From the IMG/VR virus record IMGVR_UViG_3300033156_000775, positions 1-64,000 of that record: 64,000 nt of DNA. One strand, 5' to 3'. A program made the translations under genes and the position numbers. The DNA is from a virus. Position 1 is the stretch's first letter. Each line of letters opens with the position of its first letter. The notes below the pieces were generated by a model. It did no database searches. It saw only the letters and a program-made list of their open reading frames with translations, and had not been told where the DNA came from. Below, in pieces: positions 50,841 to 59,277 of the stretch.

Positions 50841-50990
50841 TGCCCGGACTACACTTCAGCATCTCCACCCCCTTCCTTTACGATACACCAAACATTCCAA
50901 CCCCAATAGAAACTAAACACCATTCATATAATAAGAAGAGAAGGGAGAGAATTCTATTCGTTTAAAAAAAAAGATATGGAGATCCTAAGG

Positions 50991-51404
50991 TTATTCCTTT
51001 TCCCTCCATACATGGATATAGCCGATTAGCTGAGGGTATTCATATAGATCGTTATCGTCAAGCTCTATATCTTCAATGAAGAACTTATCGTTATCCTTAA
51101 TGTCCTTAGGCATCAATGCCTTTAATGCTTCTCTAATGTTATCGTCAGTTAATAGATCAGCTATCTGGTCTTTATCCTGAAGGGTCAAGCTATCATCAAG
51201 CCACTCTATAGGACTCATGCAGTTGTTTATGTCCTCAATGATCAAATCGATAATGTCCCTAACTGTTTCTCTATAGGTCACTGAGACACCGAACCTTATG
51301 CATGCAACCACATTAGGATCTACAAAGCTATGCCCATGGCCACTGTAGAAGTCAGCATATCCCACATAATCGATAACTGCCTCCAAGCTATATCTTCCTC
51401 CCAT
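50991..51404 (-). CDS. Hypothetical acidic protein
   Basis: GGAGGTGG RBS before ATG. Confidence 0.6.
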   Translation of the reverse strand: MGGRYSLEAVIDYVGYADFYSGHGHSFVDPNVVACIRFGVSVTYRETVRDIIDLIIEDINNCMSPIEWLDDSLTLQDKDQIADLLTDDNIREALKALMPKDIKDNDKFFIEDIELDDNDLYEYPQLIGYIHVWREKE

Positions 51405-51511
51405 ATTTCCACCTCCTTATACATTTTATATGAGCCTGTCTACCACCCTTAAGGTTTACACTATCATCAAAATGTGTAGGCTTCCCACAAATCACACACC
51501 TAGCCAATCCC

Positions 51512-52252
51512 CTAATCCTCCTTTATGGTTGATTCTAAGATGAGCTTCTCATGCTGAAGCTCATCTATAACTCTAAGGATCAGCTTAGGGTTATGGTTAT
51601 AATACACTTCACAGACACCTTTAATCAGCTCTAGAACTTCAGAATTATCCAAGCTCATTATTAGATCTAAATTGCAGTACACCCATTTTTTAATGTTCAC
51701 AAATGTCTGTTCAGCTCTAGTGTTATATGGTCTTTTCTGGTTTTTAGGATATACGACTAGAGTTATTCCTATCCTCTCAAGGGCCTTAGCAACCTTCATT
51801 AAAACCCTATCTGAACGTAGATACTTGATATTTTCCCCAGCATCTAGAGCTTTTTGAACCAAGAATAACACTTTAAAGCTATTTTCAACTCTACCGATCC
51901 ATAAATGATACACTACCCGATTAGTCTTAATGTTTCTAATTGTGCCTAAAATTATGCCCTTTAAGACTTTTCTAGAATGATGTTTATCAGCTATCGAACC
52001 GTTAGTTATCGGTCTGGTGAAGTCTAAGACATGAGTTATTTTCTCAATAGGGACATGATCATTCAGCTTCTGTTTCTGATGTGGATTATGCTTATCAAAG
52101 TCTCTTTTAGCTTCATAAGATTCAGCTTTAAGCAACCAATTCTTAATTGTCTGATGTGACACATTGTAACACTTAGCTATAGCCGTTAATCCAAAGTTGA
52201 GCTCATGAAGCATTTTTATCTCATTGATCTTTTCCATTTTTCCAACCCTCAT
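51512..52252 (-). CDS. HTH + DDE/integrase-core-like protein
   Basis: GLTAIAKCYNVSHQTIKNWL (HTH); IAD...YLRSD...PYNTRAEQTF resembles an rve D-D-E core. Confidence 0.5.
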   Translation of the reverse strand: MRVGKMEKINEIKMLHELNFGLTAIAKCYNVSHQTIKNWLLKAESYEAKRDFDKHNPHQKQKLNDHVPIEKITHVLDFTRPITNGSIADKHHSRKVLKGIILGTIRNIKTNRVVYHLWIGRVENSFKVLFLVQKALDAGENIKYLRSDRVLMKVAKALERIGITLVVYPKNQKRPYNTRAEQTFVNIKKWVYCNLDLIMSLDNSEVLELIKGVCEVYYNHNPKLILRVIDELQHEKLILESTIKED

Positions 52253-52472
52253 TTTTTGGTTATTCTATAGAGGAATAACCTAATAAGACTTTATATTATG
52301 CACATATTAGGAAGCTAATATTTTATAACCAACTGGAATATTTCCACATGAGATTATGGCTTTAAGGCTTTACACAAAGCCTTAAAGTATGGGGAGAGCT
52401 CAAGCCCAACCCCCAGCCCCACCTCAAGCTCAAAGCTCTTAAAGAAAAGGAAAAAGTAAACCGCACTACATC

Positions 52473-52487
52473 CAAAATCTTATATAC
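52473..52487 (+). promoter_or_regulatory. BRE/TATA promoter (CAAAATCTTATATAC)
   Basis: A-rich BRE plus TTATATA upstream of ORF 52540. Confidence 0.55.
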
Positions 52488-52539
52488 ACCATACGCACAT
52501 AACTAAAAACCACAAAAGAAAAGGAGGAATGAAACAGAA

Positions 52540-52737
52540 ATGGTTTATAAATCGAGAAATCCCCTGTTTAGAGACTTAACCGATGAGGAGGAGAAGGAGT
52601 TTAGAGAATCCGCTGAAAGCTTCTGTCAACATGGCTTTTCGCTGTATAGTGAAGTATTGAAGGCAATTCATCCAGTGGTACGGAAAGAGATCATTAGGGT
52701 TCTGGAAGAGAGTCTTAGAGAGCAAGGGGAATTTTAG
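52540..52737 (+). CDS. Hypothetical early protein
   Basis: GGAGG RBS; downstream of a TATA box. Confidence 0.55.
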   Translation: MVYKSRNPLFRDLTDEEEKEFRESAESFCQHGFSLYSEVLKAIHPVVRKEIIRVLEESLREQGEF

Positions 52738-52756
52738 GAAGTAAGGAGAAACAGAA

Positions 52757-52981
52757 ATGAACCGTAGAGAAATTAAGGAACGTATAGAGAGGATAAAGGG
52801 GAACATTGAATACCTAGAGAAGAACCGTATCTGTGAAGAAATGAAGAGGCACAACAGAGAACTTTATGAAACATCAGAGGAATTTAGAAACATGGTTAAA
52901 GGGCAAAAACACCTAGAGGATAACGCACTCAAAACCTGGGATTTAGAGATCGAGAGATTAACGGAGATGCTGAAGAAATGA
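52757..52981 (+). CDS. Hypothetical early protein (coiled coil)
   Basis: RBS; operon-like spacing. Confidence 0.55.
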   Translation: MNRREIKERIERIKGNIEYLEKNRICEEMKRHNRELYETSEEFRNMVKGQKHLEDNALKTWDLEIERLTEMLKK

Positions 52982-53184
52982 GGAAGCTGGTTAAAGGGAT
53001 ATATCTGATCTCAAACTCCAACAATGAAACGATTATAACTTTGATACCTGAGAATCCCTTTAGCTATGAGAACACCAAGAAGATTCTAGACATGAATAAT
53101 GAGACTTCAATTATTCTCCAACACCACCGTAAAGGCGGTTTACTCTACGAGTACACAAACACAGAACATAAAACCACACCATAG
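52978..53184 (+). CDS. Hypothetical early protein
   Basis: ATGA overlap with upstream gene; T-run at 53213-53219 follows. Confidence 0.45.
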   Translation: MRKLVKGIYLISNSNNETIITLIPENPFSYENTKKILDMNNETSIILQHHRKGGLLYEYTNTEHKTTP

Positions 53185-53340
53185 AGAACCTAAGCTTTAT
53201 ACCATATCCCTATTTTTTTCTGTTTACTGTTAGTGTGTGGTTGTGTTGGATGCACTACAGCTTTATTATCAGATTTATAGAAAAACCCTTATGCATCCCA
53301 TATTCCAAAATGTAAAATAAGGGAAAATAACGATAATTAA

Positions 53341-53356
53341 GGAAAATATTTATATA
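53341..53356 (+). promoter_or_regulatory. BRE/TATA promoter (GGAAAATATTTATATA)
   Basis: Canonical archaeal promoter about 40 nt before ATG 53397. Confidence 0.6.
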
Positions 53357-53396
53357 CCCCCATGCCTTTTTCTTTGAGTCAGAGGATCGGGGAGAA

Positions 53397-53771
53397 ATGA
53401 GCGGAAAATTACCGATTCTTATAAACGGTCAAGAACTTGAGTCCCAAGAGGCTCAAGAGACTGTTAGGCTGGAGATCCCCCTTAGCGTACTAGAGAAGTT
53501 TTACAACGATGTTCTTCATATGGAGATGCCTGTCAAACGAGCTACTAACTCAAGAGGCAACACCTATATAACGAATAGGAAAAGCCTCTTAGCACCGTTT
53601 CAAAGCTGGTTATTTGCCACTATTGAAGTGTGGTCTGAAAAGGGAAAAGTAACATTAGCCGTCAGGTCCCCAAAGAAACAAGCTAAACAACCTAAAGAAT
53701 CTAAACAACCTAAACAAGCTGAAGAAGCTGAACAAGCTGAAGAAGCTGAACAGTCCGAATCTAATCAATAA
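53397..53771 (+). CDS. Hypothetical protein with C-terminal tripeptide repeat
   Basis: KQAKQPKESKQPKQAEEAEQAEEAEQSES tail. Confidence 0.6.
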   Translation: MSGKLPILINGQELESQEAQETVRLEIPLSVLEKFYNDVLHMEMPVKRATNSRGNTYITNRKSLLAPFQSWLFATIEVWSEKGKVTLAVRSPKKQAKQPKESKQPKQAEEAEQAEEAEQSESNQ

Positions 53772-53779
53772 ATCCCCTC

Positions 53780-53791
53780 TTTTTTTTTTTT
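53780..53791 (+). terminator. Oligo-T archaeal terminator
   Basis: T12 run just after the stop codon. Confidence 0.55.
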
Positions 53792-53814
53792 ATCCTCTAA
53801 AGTTGTGATGGTTT

Positions 53815-54384
53815 ATGAGCATAATCATTGATGGTAAGGAAGCTGAGTTTATCAAGATGGATAAGGACAAGGTTATGCTCATAATTAAGAAGGATGAAGA
53901 AACAGCCTTAGCCTTTCACTCAACCTTTAAGCGTTTTGACTGTTACAAGTATAAGGACATTTCTGATGTGTTCACTGATGAAGGGTATAGAGCTGGAGCT
54001 ATTCGGATTAAGGTCTTAAGTATGTATCCCTTTATGTGTAAGCTCTACGTTAAGAAGCTCGTAGTTGAGCTTAACCAGTATGATCTTATCAACTTCACAT
54101 ATCACAAGAATAAGAACCTTAACCATGAGTCTATCAAAGTCTTAAACACATTGAGGAATAGACTGGTTGAATATCTTAAACAGGTTAAGGCTCATATAGA
54201 TGTCAAGCCTTTAAGGTTCAAGTATGACCATAAGGATAAGAAACCAGTCTTAACGGTCTATTGTGACAGAGAGGTGTCTTATGTCCCTATTACTAAATGC
54301 CTGTTTTGTGAATATAACCGTAATAGACGCACATCAGTTAGGGATAAGTCTTATGATCCGTTAAAGATCAAGTGTGTCTATTAG
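53815..54384 (+). CDS. Hypothetical protein with C-terminal Cys cluster
   Basis: C..CLFC...C pattern. Confidence 0.55.
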   Translation: MSIIIDGKEAEFIKMDKDKVMLIIKKDEETALAFHSTFKRFDCYKYKDISDVFTDEGYRAGAIRIKVLSMYPFMCKLYVKKLVVELNQYDLINFTYHKNKNLNHESIKVLNTLRNRLVEYLKQVKAHIDVKPLRFKYDHKDKKPVLTVYCDREVSYVPITKCLFCEYNRNRRTSVRDKSYDPLKIKCVY

Positions 54385-54438
54385 GATAAGCTTATTTTGA
54401 TTCTAAGCCTGTTTCTAACTCTTTAGGAGGTGACTCTT

Positions 54439-54579
54439 TTGATTAGAGAAGAGTTTTTCAGGGTACTAGATCAATTCTACAAACTAGTTGGGGAATTTCT
54501 AGAAAAAGGTTATAATGAGAAGGAAGCTGTTAGGAAAGCTGAGCTCGTCCTCTTTAAAGGTTCAAAGTCTAAGGATTAA
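54439..54579 (+). CDS. Small protein, paralog of 54601..54816
   Basis: GGAGGTGA RBS; EFLEKGYNEKEAVRKAEL. Confidence 0.5.
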   Translation: MIREEFFRVLDQFYKLVGEFLEKGYNEKEAVRKAELVLFKGSKSKD

Positions 54580-54600
54580 TCTCTTAGAGGCTTTGTTATT

Positions 54601-54816
54601 TTGGGTAAGCTTATTTTCTTATTTAGGGAAATTCTAAGAAATGTAGAGTTAGGTCTCTTAGCTGAGGAGCTTATTAAGCAAGGCTACCCAGTTAAAGAAG
54701 CTCTTAGGAAAGCCCAGCTTATGGTCACCCAACCAGCTCGTGCCAACAGAGGAGCTACCCCAGAGGAAAGGGAAACAGCTCAAGGTTGGATAGGGAGGAA
54801 AAGGGTGACAAGCTAA
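54601..54816 (+). CDS. Small hypothetical protein
   Basis: ELIKQGYPVKEALRKAQL. Confidence 0.5.
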   Translation: MGKLIFLFREILRNVELGLLAEELIKQGYPVKEALRKAQLMVTQPARANRGATPEERETAQGWIGRKRVTS

Positions 54817-55732
54817 AAATAATTTCTCTATTCCTCCCTATGTAGTCCGGACAACACTTTAAGGAGAAACTAATTTGTCCTCTAGAAAAGATTTATTCCT
54901 CTTGTGTAGAAGGTTAGGAACAGAAAGATGCAAGTACAGAAATTCTTATTGCTGTCTTGTTGGGTATAAGCCAAAGGGAAAGTGTCCAGCTGAAAATGAT
55001 GTGTAGTCCGGACTACACTCTCATGGGTCTAGTCTATCTATATCCTAGATAGACAGATAAACCATGAAAGGAGAAATAAAGATGAAAATTGAACCATACG
55101 TGCTTGATGAGATTGAGAACAGAATAATGCAAGTGATTGAGTCCTTAACTGAGAAGCTTGATGCTGATGATGCTGATATTACTGAGCTTCGTATTTTAAT
55201 AGAACACATCCATGTCTTGAAAAGACATCTTCAGGCTTAACGGGAAGGATGTAGGTTGTCAATTGAGATAAGTGAGGAGGACATATGTAGATTCCTAAAG
55301 CTGAAGATGGGAAGAAGACCGTCCCCTTCAGAAGTCAAGTCCTTCATCAGCTATCTGGAAATAGACATGCCAGAATGGCTGAATGACAACTTCAGAAGCT
55401 GGGAAAAGTGTAGTCCGGACAACACTTGTTAGGGATGAAAATTATGAGTAAAGCTAAGAGAGTAAAGGTTTATCTTGAAATAACTGATAAGAGCTACACA
55501 GCTCTCTACACAGCTTCAGACATAGCTGACATCCTAGAAAAAGCACTATATGAAAATCTGATTGAATACTACATTATTAGAGTAGTGGAAATTTAAAGTT
55601 GTTAGTCTCTTGACAAGAGCTGATGTTTATCTTGTCAATTATAGATCATTTCTTCATAGGATATTTCCTTTCATGCTTCTTCTGGATTGGATACTTGTTA
55701 TATAAATCTAGAAAGAAGAAATAAGCCCTAGA

Positions 55733-55846
55733 CCACAGCTGATATGTAGCTAAGCTGGAAAATGCCAATCTAGAGAGTCTATTACAAAATTGATTGTCTA
55801 CAGGACAACATTCCAGCTTAGCATTCTCCCTGCATGTCAGCTGTGG
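55733..55846 (+). ncRNA. Putative structured RNA or 5' leader
   Basis: 17-bp stem with two G-U pairs plus a nested 12-bp stem; TTATATAA box at 55698-55705. Confidence 0.45.
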
Positions 55847-55878
55847 AGGGAGACTTAAAATAAAGGAGGAAAATAAGA

Positions 55879-56451
55879 GTGAGAATTCTAGAATTGGATG
55901 ACAACACCATATACATCGATGACCCCAGCTTCACATGTGAGCTGGACGATGGCAAGAAGGTCTATCTAGGTCTAGTGTGTGAAGCTTTTGACCTAAGGGA
56001 AATAGACGATAGACATGATGACGATCCCTACCCGGTGGTAGTGGAAACTCAAGTAACAGTGGCCCCTAGATCCTTAGACAGCAGCTACCTCAAAGTAGCT
56101 AATGAAGGAGAAGGTCTTGATCTTAACAATGATGGGATTAAAGTCTATGTGTCCTACCGTTATTCTGGAGGAGTCCCTGTAAACATGGAGTCTATCAAGG
56201 GATCTGTAAAGTCTAGTGTAGACTCTGAGGTTAGGACAATCAATCATAGGCTGTATGGAGAAATAAAGACTAGACATTTTAGAACTGTAGAGGATGCCTT
56301 ATCCTATGCTAGGAAAGTCTATGCCCATAACTGTAAAGCTCTATTTGGGCTGATAGGGTTCTACTTAGACAGGACACTGAACTTAGCTGGTACAACTGGA
56401 TGGGACATCATACAGCTCCAAGCCTTGAACAAGGACTACAAAGTTTTCTAG
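55879..56451 (+). CDS. Hypothetical protein
   Basis: GGAGG RBS with GTG start. Confidence 0.6.
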   Translation: MRILELDDNTIYIDDPSFTCELDDGKKVYLGLVCEAFDLREIDDRHDDDPYPVVVETQVTVAPRSLDSSYLKVANEGEGLDLNNDGIKVYVSYRYSGGVPVNMESIKGSVKSSVDSEVRTINHRLYGEIKTRHFRTVEDALSYARKVYAHNCKALFGLIGFYLDRTLNLAGTTGWDIIQLQALNKDYKVF

Positions 56452-56657
56452 GATTGTGAAGCAATGTCCATAAAGTGGAAAGTGTATGATTCACTAGGAA
56501 ACCTAGTAGGCTACTTCTATAAGGAAAATGATAAAGTAGCTCTTGAGGACTTATCTGGAAAAGTCCAACATGTAAGGAAAGATCTGACATTAAAGCAAGC
56601 TGTAAGGATTCTTCTTAGCGAAGAATAGATCTTAAGCTAAATAGAGGAACGAAAAGA

Positions 56658-56864
56658 ATGAAGCAGCTAACATTCTATGACTTTGAAGGGTTTAGAGAGC
56701 TATGTCACTTCTTTGATGAAGTGCATGAGGAGCTAGCTGACATGTATGAGGCATTGAAGAAACCTAGAGCATATATCAAGGTTGAGCTGACAGGATACAC
56801 TGGAGATAAAAGAGATGTTCTGGAGATCAAGATCCCTAATAGTGTAGTCCGGACTACACTCTAG
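56658..56864 (+). CDS. Hypothetical protein
   Basis: ORF ends in an in-frame palindrome copy (VVRTTL*). Confidence 0.5.
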   Translation: MKQLTFYDFEGFRELCHFFDEVHEELADMYEALKKPRAYIKVELTGYTGDKRDVLEIKIPNSVVRTTL

Positions 56865-56876
56865 GAAAGGTCTAAA

Positions 56877-57071
56877 ATGAATAGTGGAAAAGCTAAAGTC
56901 CATTTTAGAGATGTCTACTCTCTAGAGAGACACAGAACTAGGCTGATAAGGATAGGGATAGATCCTAGAGAGCTAGAGGTAAAGTATGACGTAACAACTG
57001 GGAAGCTATTCCTACTTGTTCCCTCAACAGTCCCTGTACGCCTTAAAGCTCAGATTACAATGAAGAAGTAG
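56877..57071 (+). CDS. Hypothetical protein
   Basis: ORF with RBS-like site. Confidence 0.45.
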   Translation: MNSGKAKVHFRDVYSLERHRTRLIRIGIDPRELEVKYDVTTGKLFLLVPSTVPVRLKAQITMKK

Positions 57072-57193
57072 CCCCTGAAATCCTTCTATTTTTTAGGAAG
57101 CCAGCTGAAGCAATAGAAGCGTCTAAGTCCTGGCTTCTACCTACATTTGTAGGCTCAGCTGGAGGCATCTAGACTGAAAGAGGTATGTGAACA

Positions 57194-57451
57194 ATGTCTG
57201 ATGAAGGAAACGTTTGGACCACTCCAGAGCCTAAGGTGCCTCCTACCATACAGGTAGGGGACAAAGAATTCAAGGTTGAGCTAGAGAGTGACTTTGTGTC
57301 CACTATACTTGGGATCGTAAGATCCCTAGGTATAGGTAGGTTCCTAGTGAAGTACAATGGCTCAGTGATCACACCAGCTGAAGCACCAGACACATTCGAG
57401 GACTATGCTGGAAAAACAATCGTAATAGAGCCAGTTGATGAAGCTGGATAA
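57194..57451 (+). CDS. Ubiquitin-like (beta-grasp) protein
   Basis: 85 aa; F.V.YNG..I.P..AP..F......I.I.P.DEAG with terminal Gly; first gene of an E2/E1/JAB cluster. Confidence 0.7.
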   Translation: MSDEGNVWTTPEPKVPPTIQVGDKEFKVELESDFVSTILGIVRSLGIGRFLVKYNGSVITPAEAPDTFEDYAGKTIVIEPVDEAG

Positions 57452-57483
57452 GAGCTTCTACACACTGGCTCACTTTTTTTTTC

Positions 57484-58635
57484 ATGGAGGATGTTTATAT
57501 GAGGCTTGTTTTCAAGAAGGATGGTGAAAGGCCTCCCAACTTCTATATTGAAATTTCCTATGAAGAGAAAGACCTGATTAACAATTATATCTATGAGAGT
57601 GGAGTTTACTATATCAGTGACAAGATCTACCTGACCAATGCCACTGTGGCTAGAGCTCTAGGTCTCTCATCCAGATATTTGGACTATCATCCATTTATGA
57701 GTAGTTTTACTTCTAGGGAGCTCTTAAGTGCAGCCAAGATAGACATTGAAGATCCTGATGAAAGACAAAAGCTCATCTCTTCAGTGTACAAATACCTGAA
57801 AAACAGGCTTGAGATAGCCATGTCCAAGACTGTTAGGGATGAACGTTCTATTCCCCTAGACATATCTCCATCCCTAGGAGAAATGAATGTAAGCCTAGAG
57901 GAAGTAGGAAAGATAGGGACACCTTTCCTCATCTCTATCGGGGACAAGGTGTTTGAGGCTAAGCTAGTAAAGGAGATTGACAGCTTCAGAGACTACATGC
58001 AGAGAAGGCTGAAGCAGATAGTGGGGGCATATAGAAACCACATTACAGCTACTCTCAGTGCCCTACGTGACGAGTATGATAGGAAACTAGAGGAAATAGA
58101 AAAAACCAGGGAAACAATGATCCCAATGCCTAACATCACTCTTAGTGACTTAGCTACTGGCATGAGAATATGTAGGAACAACCAGTACCTAGAGGTTTAT
58201 CTGCCAGTGAAGGTAGAGATCAAAAGAGTCTTTTACAACAAGAAATCTTTTACATTGAAAAAGGAGTACTGGTGTACTCTCAGAGGACTAGCTGGACTAG
58301 CACTGGATCGTGATCTTACAATAGTGTCAACCAAGTTTGTGAGGTCTAAGAGGGCAAGTAGGGGAGTTAGGCATCCTAACGTGAATGATGATGGAATGGT
58401 GTGTCTTGGCTATACTAGACAGATCCTAGGTAGGAGGCTAAACGACATACATGATGCTTACACATGGATATATTCAGTGGTTGATTTGCTGTCCGTACCT
58501 AACTTCGATGATGCATACGATGTCCATGTTTCACAATGGGCTAGGGAGGTCTTTGATGCTCTGGAAAGTGGCCACTCAAGTGAGGTAGTAGAGGAAGTGG
58601 CTACTCTTCCTTCAGAAGTAGTGTGGAGGACATAA
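57484..58635 (+). CDS. E2/UBC-like conjugating enzyme with N-terminal coiled coil
   Basis: HPNVNDDGMVCLG and LLSVPNFDD match the UBC HPN..G.ICL and LL..PN..D motifs. Confidence 0.75.
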   Translation: MEDVYMRLVFKKDGERPPNFYIEISYEEKDLINNYIYESGVYYISDKIYLTNATVARALGLSSRYLDYHPFMSSFTSRELLSAAKIDIEDPDERQKLISSVYKYLKNRLEIAMSKTVRDERSIPLDISPSLGEMNVSLEEVGKIGTPFLISIGDKVFEAKLVKEIDSFRDYMQRRLKQIVGAYRNHITATLSALRDEYDRKLEEIEKTRETMIPMPNITLSDLATGMRICRNNQYLEVYLPVKVEIKRVFYNKKSFTLKKEYWCTLRGLAGLALDRDLTIVSTKFVRSKRASRGVRHPNVNDDGMVCLGYTRQILGRRLNDIHDAYTWIYSVVDLLSVPNFDDAYDVHVSQWAREVFDALESGHSSEVVEEVATLPSEVVWRT

Positions 58636-58638
58636 CTA

Positions 58639-59277
58639 TTGTACGCTAGGCAGTCTAGTTTAAATCTCCATATTCCAAGTGACATTGGGATCATCGGGTG
58701 TGGAGGCATAGGCTCATGGGTAGCCATCTACTCTGCTATGGGAGGAGTAAGGACAATCAGCTTGTTTGACCCTGACATCCTAGAGATCCATAACCTGAAT
58801 AGACTTCCATATCCTGAGAGTGCTGTGGGCATGAAGAAAGTAGATGTCCTTAGAGAATACCTAGTCCACATTAGGCCTCAGAGTGAGGTATTTGCCTACG
58901 ATAGACGTATTTCAAGGGACAATGCAACCCTACTTCACAAGTGTAAAATAGTCTTTGACTGTACAGATAGCACCAGAGCCCATAGGTTGATAGAGGGCTT
59001 ATGGGTCAAGAAGAGCTTTACTGATCTGATTAGAGCCTCATATGATGGTGACCATTACACCTTGTCCAAGAACCTTCGTTTAGAGAGCATGTCTTGGGGA
59101 AATGAAACCTCTGGGTACCAGATTGTCCCCAGCTGGGTCATCCCAGCATCGTTCATAGCCCAGATTGCATGTTGGTTGGCATATGCTGAGGATGCCCCTG
59201 AAAGATACTTTCTTTCTAACAGTTTAAGGAATACTGTTAACCGTTTCATTTATGGAGGTAAGACCACAATTGACTAG
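58639..59277 (+). CDS. ThiF/MoeB/E1-family adenylating enzyme
   Basis: Y.RQ, GCGGIGS, FDPDILEIHNLNR, G.KKV and FDCTD motifs. Confidence 0.9.
   Translation: MYARQSSLNLHIPSDIGIIGCGGIGSWVAIYSAMGGVRTISLFDPDILEIHNLNRLPYPESAVGMKKVDVLREYLVHIRPQSEVFAYDRRISRDNATLLHKCKIVFDCTDSTRAHRLIEGLWVKKSFTDLIRASYDGDHYTLSKNLRLESMSWGNETSGYQIVPSWVIPASFIAQIACWLAYAEDAPERYFLSNSLRNTVNRFIYGGKTTID

Noticed and set aside
51400-52400. Complete IS element around the DDE-like gene
   Set aside because: No terminal inverted repeats or target duplication found.
53674-53768. 9-bp tandem repeat as a regulatory or origin element
   Set aside because: Explained as a coding tripeptide repeat in a low-complexity C-terminal tail.
54840-55425. 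CRISPR array made of the palindromic repeat
   Set aside because: Spacing is irregular (161 and 407 bp), the intervals contain ORFs, and no cas genes are visible.
58639-59277. Thiamine/molybdopterin biosynthesis role for the ThiF gene
   Set aside because: No thi/moa genes nearby; the neighbours are E2-like and JAB genes.
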